Assembly: GCA_958296135.2 (NCBI GenBank)
Contig: CATQHZ020000001.1
Location: 1,760,001 to 1,824,000, forward strand
Direction: 5' to 3'
DNA: 64,000 bases
Origin: an uncultured Poribacteria bacterium
GTDB taxonomy: Bacteria; Poribacteria; WGA-4E; WGA-3G
In this document: positions 1 through 9,349 of the stretch, in pieces
Position numbering within the stretch: the first letter of the stretch is position 1
How the letters are laid out: the number at the start of each line of letters is the position of its first letter
Position numbers and translations under genes: made by a program
Notes under the pieces: model-generated
What the model saw: only the letters and a program-made list of their open reading frames with translations
What the model was told of the DNA's origin: nothing
Database searches by the model: none

Positions 1-2
1 AT

Positions 3-791
3 TACGATGCCGGCCGCGCCATGGCAACAACGTGGGCAGATTATATCAACGTCGGCATGGAGCACGGCAGTTTCGACCTGGGCGGGTTGGACAGTTTCAT
101 GCGCGGGCTCGCTGATGGCGGGCCGACGAATAGTGGACACCAAACCCCCGCTGTCATCGTTGAATTGCCGGTAGATGGCATCAGCGCAGACGTAATCCGT
201 GCAAACGGGTGGCAGATGCGGCAACTGCTCGCACGCGGCGTGCATGGACTGCTCCTCTGCCACGCAGAATCGCCAGAGGCGGTGAAGGCGTTTGTCGAAG
301 CGTGCCGTTATCCGTTCCAAACCATCGGTGTCGGCACGCAATTAGATGTCGGCAGGCGCGGCTCTGCTGGACAAGGCTCCGCCGCACCCATCTGGGGCAT
401 ATCCGTTGATAAATACTTGGACAAGGCAGACCCGTGGCCGTTGAATCCCAACGGTGAACTGCTGCTTGGGTTGAAGTTTGAGAACAAGCGTGCCTTGGCG
501 AACGTGGAGATAACGGCGCAGGTGCCAGGCATCGCCTTCGCCGAGTGGGGACCGGGCGATATGAGCATGTCGTTCGGCTATAAAAACCCGCCGAACCCTC
601 GGCCGCAGGAGCTGCAGGATGCTCACGACCGCGTCTTTGCGGCGTGCAAAGCGGCAGGCATCAAGTTCCTTGAAAGCGCGTCGCCGGACACGATCGAGGC
701 GAGCATTGATGAAGGCGTACGAATTTGCGGCTCCGGCGAAGAATGTGCCCGCATCGGCCGCGCGTACGCAGGCAGAACGATGCTTGTTTAG
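3..791 (+). CDS. HpcH/HpaI aldolase/citrate lyase family protein (probably 5'-truncated by the window edge)
   Basis: Frame is open from nt 3; motifs MEHG, GVHGLLLCHAES, GPGDMSMS. Confidence 0.75.
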   Translation, partial: YDAGRAMATTWADYINVGMEHGSFDLGGLDSFMRGLADGGPTNSGHQTPAVIVELPVDGISADVIRANGWQMRQLLARGVHGLLLCHAESPEAVKAFVEACRYPFQTIGVGTQLDVGRRGSAGQGSAAPIWGISVDKYLDKADPWPLNPNGELLLGLKFENKRALANVEITAQVPGIAFAEWGPGDMSMSFGYKNPPNPRPQELQDAHDRVFAACKAAGIKFLESASPDTIEASIDEGVRICGSGEECARIGRAYAGRTMLV

Positions 792-813
792 TAGAGGTAT
801 TTCACAAACCCCG

Positions 814-840
814 GTAGGCGCGCTTTCAAAGCGCGCCTAC
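814..840. repeat. REP-like palindrome family A (GTAGGCGCGSTTTSAAASCGCGCCTAC)
   Basis: Hairpin with GTAG/CTAC ends; further copies at 11605-11631, 12136-12162, 22443-22469, about 47997-48023 and about 52775-52796, all intergenic. Confidence 0.85.
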
Positions 841-857
841 GGTATGAGAGGTGAACT

Positions 858-1592
858 ATGGCATTAACCGAACAAGAAATGTTGGCAGAATTGCGCCAAT
901 TCGACACCCCGTCAATCACGAATGTGGTTGCCACCTATCCCAAAAGCCCCCTCTGCCTCGGACTTTACAACCCGTGGACAGAGAATTGGTATACCGATAC
1001 CTCAATCAGCTGCATGTATCCGGAACTCGGGGCGATCGCGGGGTATGCAGTGACATGCGTTTACGGCTTGCCCGATCCGAACTTTTCGCGGCTATCCTTT
1101 ATGGATGTCATCGATGCATTGGGTGCCTCGCCGCAACCGACGATTCTGGCGTTTCAGCAGAAGTTCCCGCCAGAAATCGCCGACAAAGTCGGATTAGCCG
1201 GTGGTAACATGACGGCGGCGATGAAAGCGGTAGGCTGTTTGGGGGCAATCTCTAACGGACCTTCGCGCGATATTGACGAAATCCGTCCGATGGAGTTTCA
1301 GTATCTGTTGAGCGGCATCACGCCGGGCCACGGCGATATGGCGGTTCACGCTGTCAACGTCCCTGTCACCATAGCGGGGATGGATGTGGCACCGGGCGAA
1401 ATCATCCACATGGATGAGAATGGCGCGTGCAAGTTTCCGGGCGATAAACTGGAGGCAGTGCTGACGAATGTCAAGGCACTGCTGAAGGAAGAAGGCGACC
1501 GGATTGGGCAGTTGTTGTCAGGACCGAGGACAGCGAAGCAGGTGCGTGCAATCTTCAGTGGGCATTCTTATGCCGAAGATGAGGAGGAATAG
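858..1592 (+). CDS. RraA / HMG-aldolase-like family protein
   Basis: DTPSITN, GYAVT, GGNMT, SRDIDE and PGEIIHMDENG pattern; GAGGTG RBS. Confidence 0.75.
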   Translation: MALTEQEMLAELRQFDTPSITNVVATYPKSPLCLGLYNPWTENWYTDTSISCMYPELGAIAGYAVTCVYGLPDPNFSRLSFMDVIDALGASPQPTILAFQQKFPPEIADKVGLAGGNMTAAMKAVGCLGAISNGPSRDIDEIRPMEFQYLLSGITPGHGDMAVHAVNVPVTIAGMDVAPGEIIHMDENGACKFPGDKLEAVLTNVKALLKEEGDRIGQLLSGPRTAKQVRAIFSGHSYAEDEEE

Positions 1593-1659
1593 TCCGAAAC
1601 CGGCCCGCCTTTTCGTAGCGCGAGGGCCTGTCCGTCGCGCGCTTTATACCAGATTCATA

Positions 1660-1722
1660 CTGTAGTTCAAGTTCTCCCGATTTTGACCCGTTTGAGATCC
1701 GACGAACTCATCTTAAACTACA
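1660..1722. repeat. GTAG-ended REP doublet family (CTGTAG..CTCGCC..CTTGACCCG..AACTACAG)
   Basis: CTGTAGTT/AACTACAG ends; related partial copies near 5560-5590, 9751-9781, 15314-15420 and 27089-27120. Confidence 0.6.
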
Positions 1723-1794
1723 GAGGTTGATTGGATTTGACACGGCGGGGGACAGGCCCCCGCCCTCCGTTCCAAAGAGGCCACAGATAGGCAT

Positions 1795-3036
1795 TTATTC
1801 CGATTTACCCGTGCTGCGCCGCGCTTGCCATAACCCCCACAGCAGTGCCGGTATCAGCGGCAATCCCGCCATCCCCCACAGGACGAAACGGATATCCTGA
1901 AACACATCCAGCAGCGCACCGACGATAGCTGTGCCGATACCACCCATCAACGTGAAGAGCGCGAACTCCGTGCCAAAAACGCGTCCCCGAATCTCATTCG
2001 GCACGCTTTGAAGGAGCAACTGCGTTGAAAATACCCACACGATCCCGCCGCCGATGCTCCGGACAAACCCACCGAGAAGCACCATCGGTAAACTTAAAAG
2101 TGGGGCGGCGATAGCCAGGCCAACCGCTCCAATCAGATAGCCGAGGATGATACTGCTGCGGAGTGATTTGTCCCGGTCGCCCGTCCAGTGCCGCGCGAAA
2201 ATGGGGCCGAGCCCGCTGCCAACGCCGTTCACGGCGTACATCCATCCTAAGCTAATCGCGCCGCCGACGCCGATAACAAAGTGCTCTTTGGAAATCGCGA
2301 CTTGGGCTACTTGGAACCCTGCGGATAGCATGAGAGCTATCGCGGCCTTGTGCATCGCGATAAACAGCATATCGGGATGCCGCAGTAGATACCGCAGTGC
2401 TTTGGGCCCGGAACGTGCGCGAGCCCTGTCAGCGTTTGCTCGGCGGCTCGGGAGGTGAATCCCAAGCAGAAATCCCGCTGAAACGAAAAAAGTGAACCCA
2501 TCAATGATAAACGCGGTCTGGATTCCCAAAAGTCCTGTTGTTATGCCGCCGATGGCGGCACCGAGGGCAAGCACCACTGACCAGGTTGAAGCACCGAGGG
2601 CGTTTGCCGTGCCGAGTTCTTGCGGGGACGTTATATCCGGAAGAATAGCACTCCGGGCGGGGCTGAAAAAACCGCTGATTGCAAAGAGAAGCGTTGTGAG
2701 CGTATAGAGCAGCCAGATATCGCTCTCACTGCGCACGAAAAGGAACGTAAAAACGACGAGGGCCCGCGCGATATCTGTAGCGATTAAGAGATACTTTCGG
2801 TTGAACCGGTCGGCACATATTCCGGCAAGGGGTGCCACTGCAAACGGCGCGAGCATCCGAACCGTAAACAGAATACCTACTGCAAGCCCAGAGCCAGTTA
2901 ACTCAGCAATCAGTGCCGCGGAGGCGATGAGATTAAACCAATCTCCTAATAGGCTGACAACCTGCGCAGCCCAGAGCCAGCGAAAGTTTCTATTCCGGCG
3001 GATGAGCGCGCCGTAGCCGACCGGTTTCTTGTTCAT
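1795..3036 (-). CDS. MFS transporter (DHA3/MFS_3-like), tandem copy 2
   Basis: About 12 hydrophobic segments, GxxADRFNRK motif; start MNKKPV overlaps the upstream stop (ATGA). Confidence 0.85.
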   Translation of the reverse strand: MNKKPVGYGALIRRNRNFRWLWAAQVVSLLGDWFNLIASAALIAELTGSGLAVGILFTVRMLAPFAVAPLAGICADRFNRKYLLIATDIARALVVFTFLFVRSESDIWLLYTLTTLLFAISGFFSPARSAILPDITSPQELGTANALGASTWSVVLALGAAIGGITTGLLGIQTAFIIDGFTFFVSAGFLLGIHLPSRRANADRARARSGPKALRYLLRHPDMLFIAMHKAAIALMLSAGFQVAQVAISKEHFVIGVGGAISLGWMYAVNGVGSGLGPIFARHWTGDRDKSLRSSIILGYLIGAVGLAIAAPLLSLPMVLLGGFVRSIGGGIVWVFSTQLLLQSVPNEIRGRVFGTEFALFTLMGGIGTAIVGALLDVFQDIRFVLWGMAGLPLIPALLWGLWQARRSTGKSE

Positions 3037-4298
3037 CGGAGCAATTCTCCTTCCATTTTGTCCGCGCTGCGCCGTGCCTGCCACAACCACCATAGCAACG
3101 CAGGTATCAGCGGCAATCCTGCCATCCCCCACAGGACAAGACGCGCATCCGGAAACACATCCAGCAGCACACCGACGATGGCTGTGCCGATACCCCCCAT
3201 CAACATATAGCATGCGAGTTCTGTCCCGAAGACGCGTCCCCGAATCTCATCCGGCGCGTTTTGGAGGAGCAACTGCGTCGAAAATACCCAGACGGTCGCG
3301 CCGCCCATGCTGCGGACCAGCTCGCCAAGCAGTACCATCGGAAAATTGAAAAGCGGTGCGATGATAGCGACACCCATCGCACCGAGCAGATAGCCGAAGA
3401 TGATGCTGATGCGAAGCGGTTTGTCCCGGTCGCCTGTCCAAAGCCGCGCGAGGATGGGACCGAGGGCACAGCCGATACCGTTCACACAATACATCACGCC
3501 TAAACTGAGAGCACCGCCATCCCCAATGATAAAATAATCCTTGGAAATCTTAACCTGTGCTACCTGAAACCCCGCCGACAGCATGAAGGCGATGGCCGCC
3601 TTGTGCAGCGCAATAAACAGAATGTCAGGGTGCCGGAACAGGTAACGTAACGCTTTCGGTTTGGACGCTGAGAGGCTCCTTTCGGGTTGTGCTGGACGCT
3701 TCGGAAGCCGAAGGCCTAGCAGAAACCCCGCGGAGACGAGAAAGGTGAACCCATCAACGAGAAAGGCGGTGTGGATGCCAAAGAGCCCGGCTGTCACACC
3801 GCCGATAGCGGCACCGAGGGCGAGCATCACCGACCAGGTTATTGCACCGATGGTGTTCGCCGTGCCGAGTTCCTGCGGCGTGGTGATGTCCGGCAGAATC
3901 GCGTTTCGGGCCGGATCGAAGAAGCCGCTCACCGCAAGCAGCAGCGCGGTGAGCGTATAGAGCAGCCAGATATCGCCTGCGTCGCGCACGAAAAGGAGTC
4001 CGAAAACGGTGAGGGCACGCACAATGTCCGTGACGATTAAAATGTGCTTTCGGTTGAACCGGTCGGCGCATATCCCGGCGATAGGTGCCACCGCGAAGGG
4101 CGCGAGCATCCGAAGCATCAGCAGAACACCCACGGCAAAGTTCGAGCCGGTCAACTTACCCATCAGTGCGGCGGCACCTATCATATTAAACCAATCGCCT
4201 AGCATGCTGACGACTTGTCCAAGCCAAAGCCAGCGGAAGTTTCTATTCCGGCGGATGAGCGCGCCATAACCGATAGGTTTCTCGTCCGTTTCCGGCAT
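3033..4298 (-). CDS. MFS transporter (DHA3/MFS_3-like), tandem copy 1
   Basis: GICADRFNRK and GRVFG motifs; co-linear paralog of the downstream gene. Confidence 0.85.
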   Translation of the reverse strand: MPETDEKPIGYGALIRRNRNFRWLWLGQVVSMLGDWFNMIGAAALMGKLTGSNFAVGVLLMLRMLAPFAVAPIAGICADRFNRKHILIVTDIVRALTVFGLLFVRDAGDIWLLYTLTALLLAVSGFFDPARNAILPDITTPQELGTANTIGAITWSVMLALGAAIGGVTAGLFGIHTAFLVDGFTFLVSAGFLLGLRLPKRPAQPERSLSASKPKALRYLFRHPDILFIALHKAAIAFMLSAGFQVAQVKISKDYFIIGDGGALSLGVMYCVNGIGCALGPILARLWTGDRDKPLRISIIFGYLLGAMGVAIIAPLFNFPMVLLGELVRSMGGATVWVFSTQLLLQNAPDEIRGRVFGTELACYMLMGGIGTAIVGVLLDVFPDARLVLWGMAGLPLIPALLWWLWQARRSADKMEGELLR

Positions 4299-5486
4299 CT
4301 ACAGTCCCCACCGTGCGTTAATCGGTTTCTGGTAGACTTCAATATCACCCGCCACGACAGCTTCATAATCAACCGCTTGGCCGCAGGCGTTGGATTCGTA
4401 GATTGCCTCGCAGATTGATTTCGCACGGAGCCCGACGGTGGCATCCAGTTCCGGCGGCCGGTTATTCTCCATCGCGTCCACAAAATCGTAGCACTCAAGC
4501 ACCACGCCATCGGTGAAGTTGTGCGGGAAGAGCCGCTGTTGTTCCGCCTCGGATAGGCTTGCCATATAGTCGGCGATGAGGCTCTCCATGGAGTGCCGGC
4601 TTCCATCTTTGAGAATAACTTCCGCGCCATCGAACGGCCCGTGGAAAATGTCGCCATTATCCAGCAAACAGCCTTCACTGCCGTAGTAGACGACGTGATT
4701 GAAACTATGTCCCACCGCCGCCCACGTGCATGTCCACAGCCCGATAACCCCACTTTTGAAGTTGATAGTCGCCACCCACGTATCCTCTTGCTCATTCTTG
4801 ACAAGTTCGCCGTTTTTGGTGACTTGCAGCTCTTCAAATTGACAGACGCGTCCATACACCGTGCTCGGTTCGCCGAAGAGGAAGCGGAGTGTATCGCAAT
4901 AGTGCGCCCCGGAGTCCATCACCATCCCACCGCCGCCGAGGGACAAATCGAGCCGCCAGTGCCATGCGCTCTGTGGTTCTGGTGCGCGATAACTGGCGTG
5001 CTGCGCGCAGAACGTCCGCATCTCGCCGAGTAGCTGCTTATCGTTCATCAGCCACTCCGCTGTGCGGCGGCTCGGCATCCTACGGATGTTCTCCGCTGTC
5101 GCCGCTATCTTGTTATTCGCCCCCGCCGCGGCAATGATTGCATGGCTGGCCTTCACGGTAACGCCCATCGGTTTCTCTACCATGACATTAACACCGGCGT
5201 TAAGGCATTTTACCGCGTTGATATGATGGTGCGCGTGCGACGTGCAGATGTCCACACCATCCAAATCCGCTTTTGCGAGCATCGCATCGGTATCGCTGAA
5301 CACCGCAGGTTTCTTGCCGGTAACCTCTTTGACCCGGGTTGCGAAAGCCTCTGCCCGCTCCTCAACTTCATCGCACATCGCGACGAGCTCTACTTTCCCA
5401 GGTACCTTTTCATGAATTGTGAGATACGCGTTGAGATGGCCGTTCGCCATCCCACCGCATCCGATAATTGCCACTTGGATTGCCAT
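4299..5486 (-). CDS. Gfo/Idh/MocA family oxidoreductase
   Basis: IIGCGGMA Rossmann motif, EKP, GGG..MDSGAH. Confidence 0.9.
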   Translation of the reverse strand: MAIQVAIIGCGGMANGHLNAYLTIHEKVPGKVELVAMCDEVEERAEAFATRVKEVTGKKPAVFSDTDAMLAKADLDGVDICTSHAHHHINAVKCLNAGVNVMVEKPMGVTVKASHAIIAAAGANNKIAATAENIRRMPSRRTAEWLMNDKQLLGEMRTFCAQHASYRAPEPQSAWHWRLDLSLGGGGMVMDSGAHYCDTLRFLFGEPSTVYGRVCQFEELQVTKNGELVKNEQEDTWVATINFKSGVIGLWTCTWAAVGHSFNHVVYYGSEGCLLDNGDIFHGPFDGAEVILKDGSRHSMESLIADYMASLSEAEQQRLFPHNFTDGVVLECYDFVDAMENNRPPELDATVGLRAKSICEAIYESNACGQAVDYEAVVAGDIEVYQKPINARWGL

Positions 5487-5749
5487 GGAAGTTTCTCCTC
5501 TTTATCTGAGCTAAGGTAGGACTGTGTCACGTTTGAATGTTCTGGTGCTCCGCGTCCACGTAGGTAAAACTCGCCAGCTCTTGACCCGGTTTTCTGCGAA
5601 ATTGCCCCATCTTCCCCAGAATAACCTAAAAATAGAATACCATAGTTCCGTTTTTTTCGCAATTGTGTTTGCGGAAAACACCGGGTGATTGTGTTAAGAG
5701 CGGATGTCTATATCCGCCCTTACAGTTCATTGCTCTAGCGGAAAACAAC

Positions 5750-5779
5750 TTGACACAAAACCGCAATTGATGATATATT
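5750..5779 (+). promoter_or_regulatory. sigma70-type promoter, predicted leaderless transcript
   Basis: TTGACA-18 nt-TATATT with extended TG; ATG lies 7 nt after the -10 box; no SD. Confidence 0.6.
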
Positions 5780-5785
5780 CGTCAC

Positions 5786-6529
5786 ATGATGACTTCACCA
5801 ACGGAGAAAATCGAGATTTCCCAAACGGATGCAATCGTCACCATCACGCTCAACCGGCCGGCGGTGTTGAACGCGATCGACCGGGAGATGTTAGACGGTT
5901 TGGAGACAATCGTCACGCAACTTCACCGCGATGCCTCCGCGCGCGTCGTGGTACTCACCGGGAGCGGCGAACGTTCGTTCTGCGTCGGCGCGGATTTGAA
6001 ACACATCGCCACTTTTGAAGCAGACGATATTCGGCAGTGGGTTATTGATGGAAACCGAATTTTCAGCAGACTCGCGAGTCTTCCAATGCCGGTCATTGCC
6101 GCGATTAACGGCTACGCCATCGGCGGCGGCTTAGAATTGGCGATGACAGCAGACCTGAGGTTTGCATCCGGCGATGCCAGCTTCAGTTTGCCGGAAGTGA
6201 CGCACGGCTGGGTGCCGGGATGGGGCGGCATGCACCGATTGCTCCACCTCATCGGCGAAGCGAAGGCGAAAGCGCTGGTCCTTCTCGGGGAACGGATTGA
6301 TGCAGAGACAGCGTGTCAACTACACCTGGTCAGTAGGGTTATCAACAAAGTGGATTTGATGGACGCGACGCTTTCGGTTGCAGCATCACTCGCGAGCCAA
6401 AGCCGAATTGCTCTGCAAGCGGCGAAAGCGGCACTAACGCGCACTCCTCTACCGGAGAACGGGTTTGAGGTGAGTTATGAGGCATTCGCATCGTCAACCT
6501 GTTTCACCGCTAGGACTTATACCAAATGA
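5786..6529 (+). CDS. Enoyl-CoA hydratase/isomerase
   Basis: LNRP..LNA, FCVGADL, AIGGGLELA, LPEV..G.VPG.GG. Confidence 0.92.
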   Translation: MMTSPTEKIEISQTDAIVTITLNRPAVLNAIDREMLDGLETIVTQLHRDASARVVVLTGSGERSFCVGADLKHIATFEADDIRQWVIDGNRIFSRLASLPMPVIAAINGYAIGGGLELAMTADLRFASGDASFSLPEVTHGWVPGWGGMHRLLHLIGEAKAKALVLLGERIDAETACQLHLVSRVINKVDLMDATLSVAASLASQSRIALQAAKAALTRTPLPENGFEVSYEAFASSTCFTARTYTK

Positions 6530-6538
6530 CGTTGATTT

Positions 6539-6568
6539 GTAAGGGCGAATTTCTATGGTTTCCGCCCT
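6539..6568. repeat. REP-like palindrome family C (GTAAGGGCGGATTTCTAT..TCCGCCCT)
   Basis: Copies at about 5695-5723, 6539-6568, 8215-8243, 27018-27044, 31881-31914 and 50212-50239. Confidence 0.8.
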
Positions 6569-6650
6569 CCTAAAACGCCCGTTCAATACGCGCGCCTAAC
6601 GAAAGGAGCATTCTGCGTAAGTCTTGTGGTTTAAAATCGTAGGTTCTAAA

Positions 6651-8201
6651 ATGGCAGAGAAACCGATTATCACCGCCGATGCGGCGGCACAACTTGTGGA
6701 GAGCAGCGATACCCTCGTCATCGGTGGAAGTGGCGCAGGACACGCAATCCCCGAAACGCTCATCGAGGCACTCGGCAGACGTTTTCGGGCATCCCTCCAA
6801 CCGCGCGATTTGACAGTCGTCCACGTCAGCGGCATGGGCGACCAGGGTGAACGCGGGCTCGGGCACCTTGCCGATGCACGCCTTATCAAGCGCGACATCG
6901 GTGGGCATTGGGGAATGTCGCGCGTGATGACAGCCCTTGCTGTCACAAATCAGATTGAGGCGTATAACCTCCCGCAAGGTGTGTTATCGTGCTTGATGCG
7001 GAGTATCGCTTCTGGCGCGCCGGGTTACATCACGCATGTCGGCTTGCATACCTTCGTCGATCCGCGCCTTGAAGGCGGCAAACTCAACCCCCGCACGACA
7101 GAGGAACTGGTGGAGGTAGTCACCTTGCGAGAGAAGGAATACCTCTTTTATCCCAGTTTTCCGGTGGACATCGCCTTTGTGCGAGGAACAACAGCGGATG
7201 CTGAAGGGAACATCTCCATGGAAGAAGAGGTAGCATATTTCGAGATGCTCTCGGTTGCGCAGGCAGCGAAAAATTCGGGTGGCAAGGTTATCGCGCAAGT
7301 CAAACGGACAGTGCCGAGGCGCGCGCTCGATCCGCGCACGGTAAAAATTCCCGGTATTTTTGTCGACGCGCTAGTCCTCGCGCCTGAACAACAGCAGACT
7401 TACCAGATCGACTATAACCCGGCGTTGTGCGGTGATGCGCGCGATGGCGAACTCAGCATGGGCACTCTCCGTTTTGATGAACGGAAGGTGATTACCAAGC
7501 GCGCCGCGATGGAATTGCGGCCGGATGCCGTTGTCAATCTCGGCTTCGGGATGCCCTTCGGTGTCGGCATGATAGCCGAGGAGAGCGGCATCCGAGACAA
7601 GATTACGTTGAGCATTGAGCAAGGCAGCTTAGGCGGTGTCCCCGCGGGCGGCTTGGATTCCGGGGCGATGTTTTACCCGGTGGCAATCCTCGATCAGCCG
7701 TATCAGTTTGATGCCTATCAGGGCGGCGGAATTGACATTGCTTTTTTGTCGCACGCACAGGTAGATAGACACGGCAATGTCAACGTGAGCAAGTTTGGGA
7801 ATCGCATTCCCGGCTGCGGCGGTTTCATCGATATTTCACAAAATGCGAAGAAGGTGGTTTTCTGTGGCACACTTGCTGTAAAGGCGGAATTAGCAATTCG
7901 TGATGGAAAACTCAACGTGCTTAAGGAAGGCATTGCAAAGTTTGTCAACGACGTGGAGCAGATTACCTTCAGTAGTCGGTATGCGCGAGAGACGGGACAG
8001 GCGGTTTTCTATGTAACGGAGCGCGCCGTGTTTCAACTGACCGGGGCTGGCGTTATCTTGCGAGAAGTCGCGCCGGGGGTGGATATCCAGCGCGATGTTC
8101 TGGATGCGATTGAATTCGCGCCTATCGTTGCGGCTGATGTGGGGAGGATGGATGAAAGGATCTTTGGGGATGTGGCGTTGGCGTTTGAGGATTTTGAATG
8201 A
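6651..8201 (+). CDS. Acyl-CoA:acetate/propionate CoA-transferase (YdiF/Pct-like, fused alpha-beta)
   Basis: AYNLPQG, VGLHTFVDPR, VNLGFG, IEQG (catalytic Glu), GNVNVS, GGFIDISQ. Confidence 0.9.
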   Translation: MAEKPIITADAAAQLVESSDTLVIGGSGAGHAIPETLIEALGRRFRASLQPRDLTVVHVSGMGDQGERGLGHLADARLIKRDIGGHWGMSRVMTALAVTNQIEAYNLPQGVLSCLMRSIASGAPGYITHVGLHTFVDPRLEGGKLNPRTTEELVEVVTLREKEYLFYPSFPVDIAFVRGTTADAEGNISMEEEVAYFEMLSVAQAAKNSGGKVIAQVKRTVPRRALDPRTVKIPGIFVDALVLAPEQQQTYQIDYNPALCGDARDGELSMGTLRFDERKVITKRAAMELRPDAVVNLGFGMPFGVGMIAEESGIRDKITLSIEQGSLGGVPAGGLDSGAMFYPVAILDQPYQFDAYQGGGIDIAFLSHAQVDRHGNVNVSKFGNRIPGCGGFIDISQNAKKVVFCGTLAVKAELAIRDGKLNVLKEGIAKFVNDVEQITFSSRYARETGQAVFYVTERAVFQLTGAGVILREVAPGVDIQRDVLDAIEFAPIVAADVGRMDERIFGDVALAFEDFE

Positions 8202-8323
8202 TTGGGTGGAAAACGGGCGGAAACCATAGAAATCCGCCCTTACAAATGAAAAGGATAGGAGAAGCGCGAGCGGAAACCCTGAAGGTTAACGCTCGCGTCA
8301 ATAGATAGATTCCGGTCCGAGAA

Positions 8324-8701
8324 CTACGGAAACTCAATCCCCTGTTTCCGGCAGATCTTGCGAATCTTGTTAATGGCCCCGCCAATCTGCTTACCATTGC
8401 GTGTCACACCAAATAGATGCTGACTCACGACACGGCGTGAAATGCCGAGGATAGTCCCAATCTCTTCCTGCGTTTTACCAGCGTAGAAATAGAGTTGGAT
8501 GCACTCCGCTTGGCGCCCGGTCAGCTCTTCGGCGATAATTCGGCGGATCTGTTTGAGGACTTTCCGCCCCTTCGCACGCCGCGCCTTCGCCGATTTGCTG
8601 CTACCGGGCGGCTGATACCAAAGAGCGTCTTCGTTCGTCAGCCGATCGAAGTATTCCGGCGGAACCGAAACCTCCCAGAAATCCGGGTTAAATTTAGGCA
8701 T
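8324..8701 (-). CDS. Small sigma70 region-4 HTH protein (no region 2 visible)
   Basis: LTGRQAECIQLYFYAGKTQEEIGTILGISRRVVSQHL is a sigma-4-type HTH; 125 aa. Confidence 0.75.
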   Translation of the reverse strand: MPKFNPDFWEVSVPPEYFDRLTNEDALWYQPPGSSKSAKARRAKGRKVLKQIRRIIAEELTGRQAECIQLYFYAGKTQEEIGTILGISRRVVSQHLFGVTRNGKQIGGAINKIRKICRKQGIEFP

Positions 8702-8759
8702 AGAGAATTCTCCCTCAGCGCGAGGCTGAAGGTGCCTATGCCGTTATGATATGCGTTTA

Positions 8760-8861
8760 TCAATAAGAGGCAGAGGCACCTCGCCTAACACTGAATCTCG
8801 CCTGCCGCGTGCAGGCTTTCCTAGATACGTTCGGGTGAAGTGTCGCTAAGATGGATTGCAT
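8760..8861 (-). CDS. Putative 33-aa leader peptide MQSILATLHPNVSRKACTRQARFSVRRGASASY
   Basis: AAAAGGAGGT SD 7 nt before ATG; lies directly downstream of a sigma70 promoter. Confidence 0.55.
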   Translation of the reverse strand: MQSILATLHPNVSRKACTRQARFSVRRGASASY

Positions 8862-8933
8862 AATAGGTACCTCCTTTTCGTTTTGAACCCGTTCGGGTTA
8901 AAGGTTTATTTCTCGCCAACTTGTAATAGATAA

Positions 8934-8962
8934 ATTCTACCAAAAGCCTGAGAAAAAATCAA
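8934..8962 (-). promoter_or_regulatory. sigma70 promoter for the leader ORF and sigma-like gene
   Basis: TTGATT-17 nt-TAGAAT with extended TG. Confidence 0.65.
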
Positions 8963-9143
8963 GTCGTTAACATCCATAGACATTTTGTCTACGCTGAACT
9001 CGTATCTCTTCAGTTATAGGGCTATAGCGCAGCAGCTTCGGCAAGCCAAGCGGCGCACCGGAAAGATGAGGGCAGAGGGGTTTCAGCCCCCTGCCCCGTC
9101 CGGAAGGGCGCGACACGTAAGCCGCACCACAAGGGCGCGACAC

Positions 9144-9176
9144 TTACGTGTCACACCACCTCTGGTTTGCTAACAT
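9144..9176 (-). CDS. Putative 10-aa micro-ORF MLANQRWCDT within a structured RNA
   Basis: GAAAAGGAGGT SD 7 nt before ATG; stop codon in a GTAA tetraloop; GC hairpin at 9068-9098. Confidence 0.5.
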   Translation of the reverse strand: MLANQRWCDT

Positions 9177-9237
9177 AACAAGCACCTCCTTTTCCGCATA
9201 GCGGTACAGGATACCACGCTCATAAAAATGAGCATGA

Positions 9238-9269
9238 TTCACTTATACACCGTCTTGGATGCACTTTTT
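9238..9269 (-). promoter_or_regulatory. 32-bp element shared with the infA upstream region
   Basis: 27/32 identical to 12025-12056. Confidence 0.6.
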
Positions 9270-9349
9270 GCACCTTTCGCAGAAAAAAACGCAAAAAAAA
9301 CATTTTTTTTACTTATCCGGGCAGTAAGGCGCGTGGTTGAGAACCGTGC

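Noticed and set aside
8838-9145. 9-nt complementarity (GCGACACTT/AAGTGTCGC) between the two leader RNAs
   Set aside because: A 9-mer match is expected about once by chance between regions of this size; not supportable without covariation.
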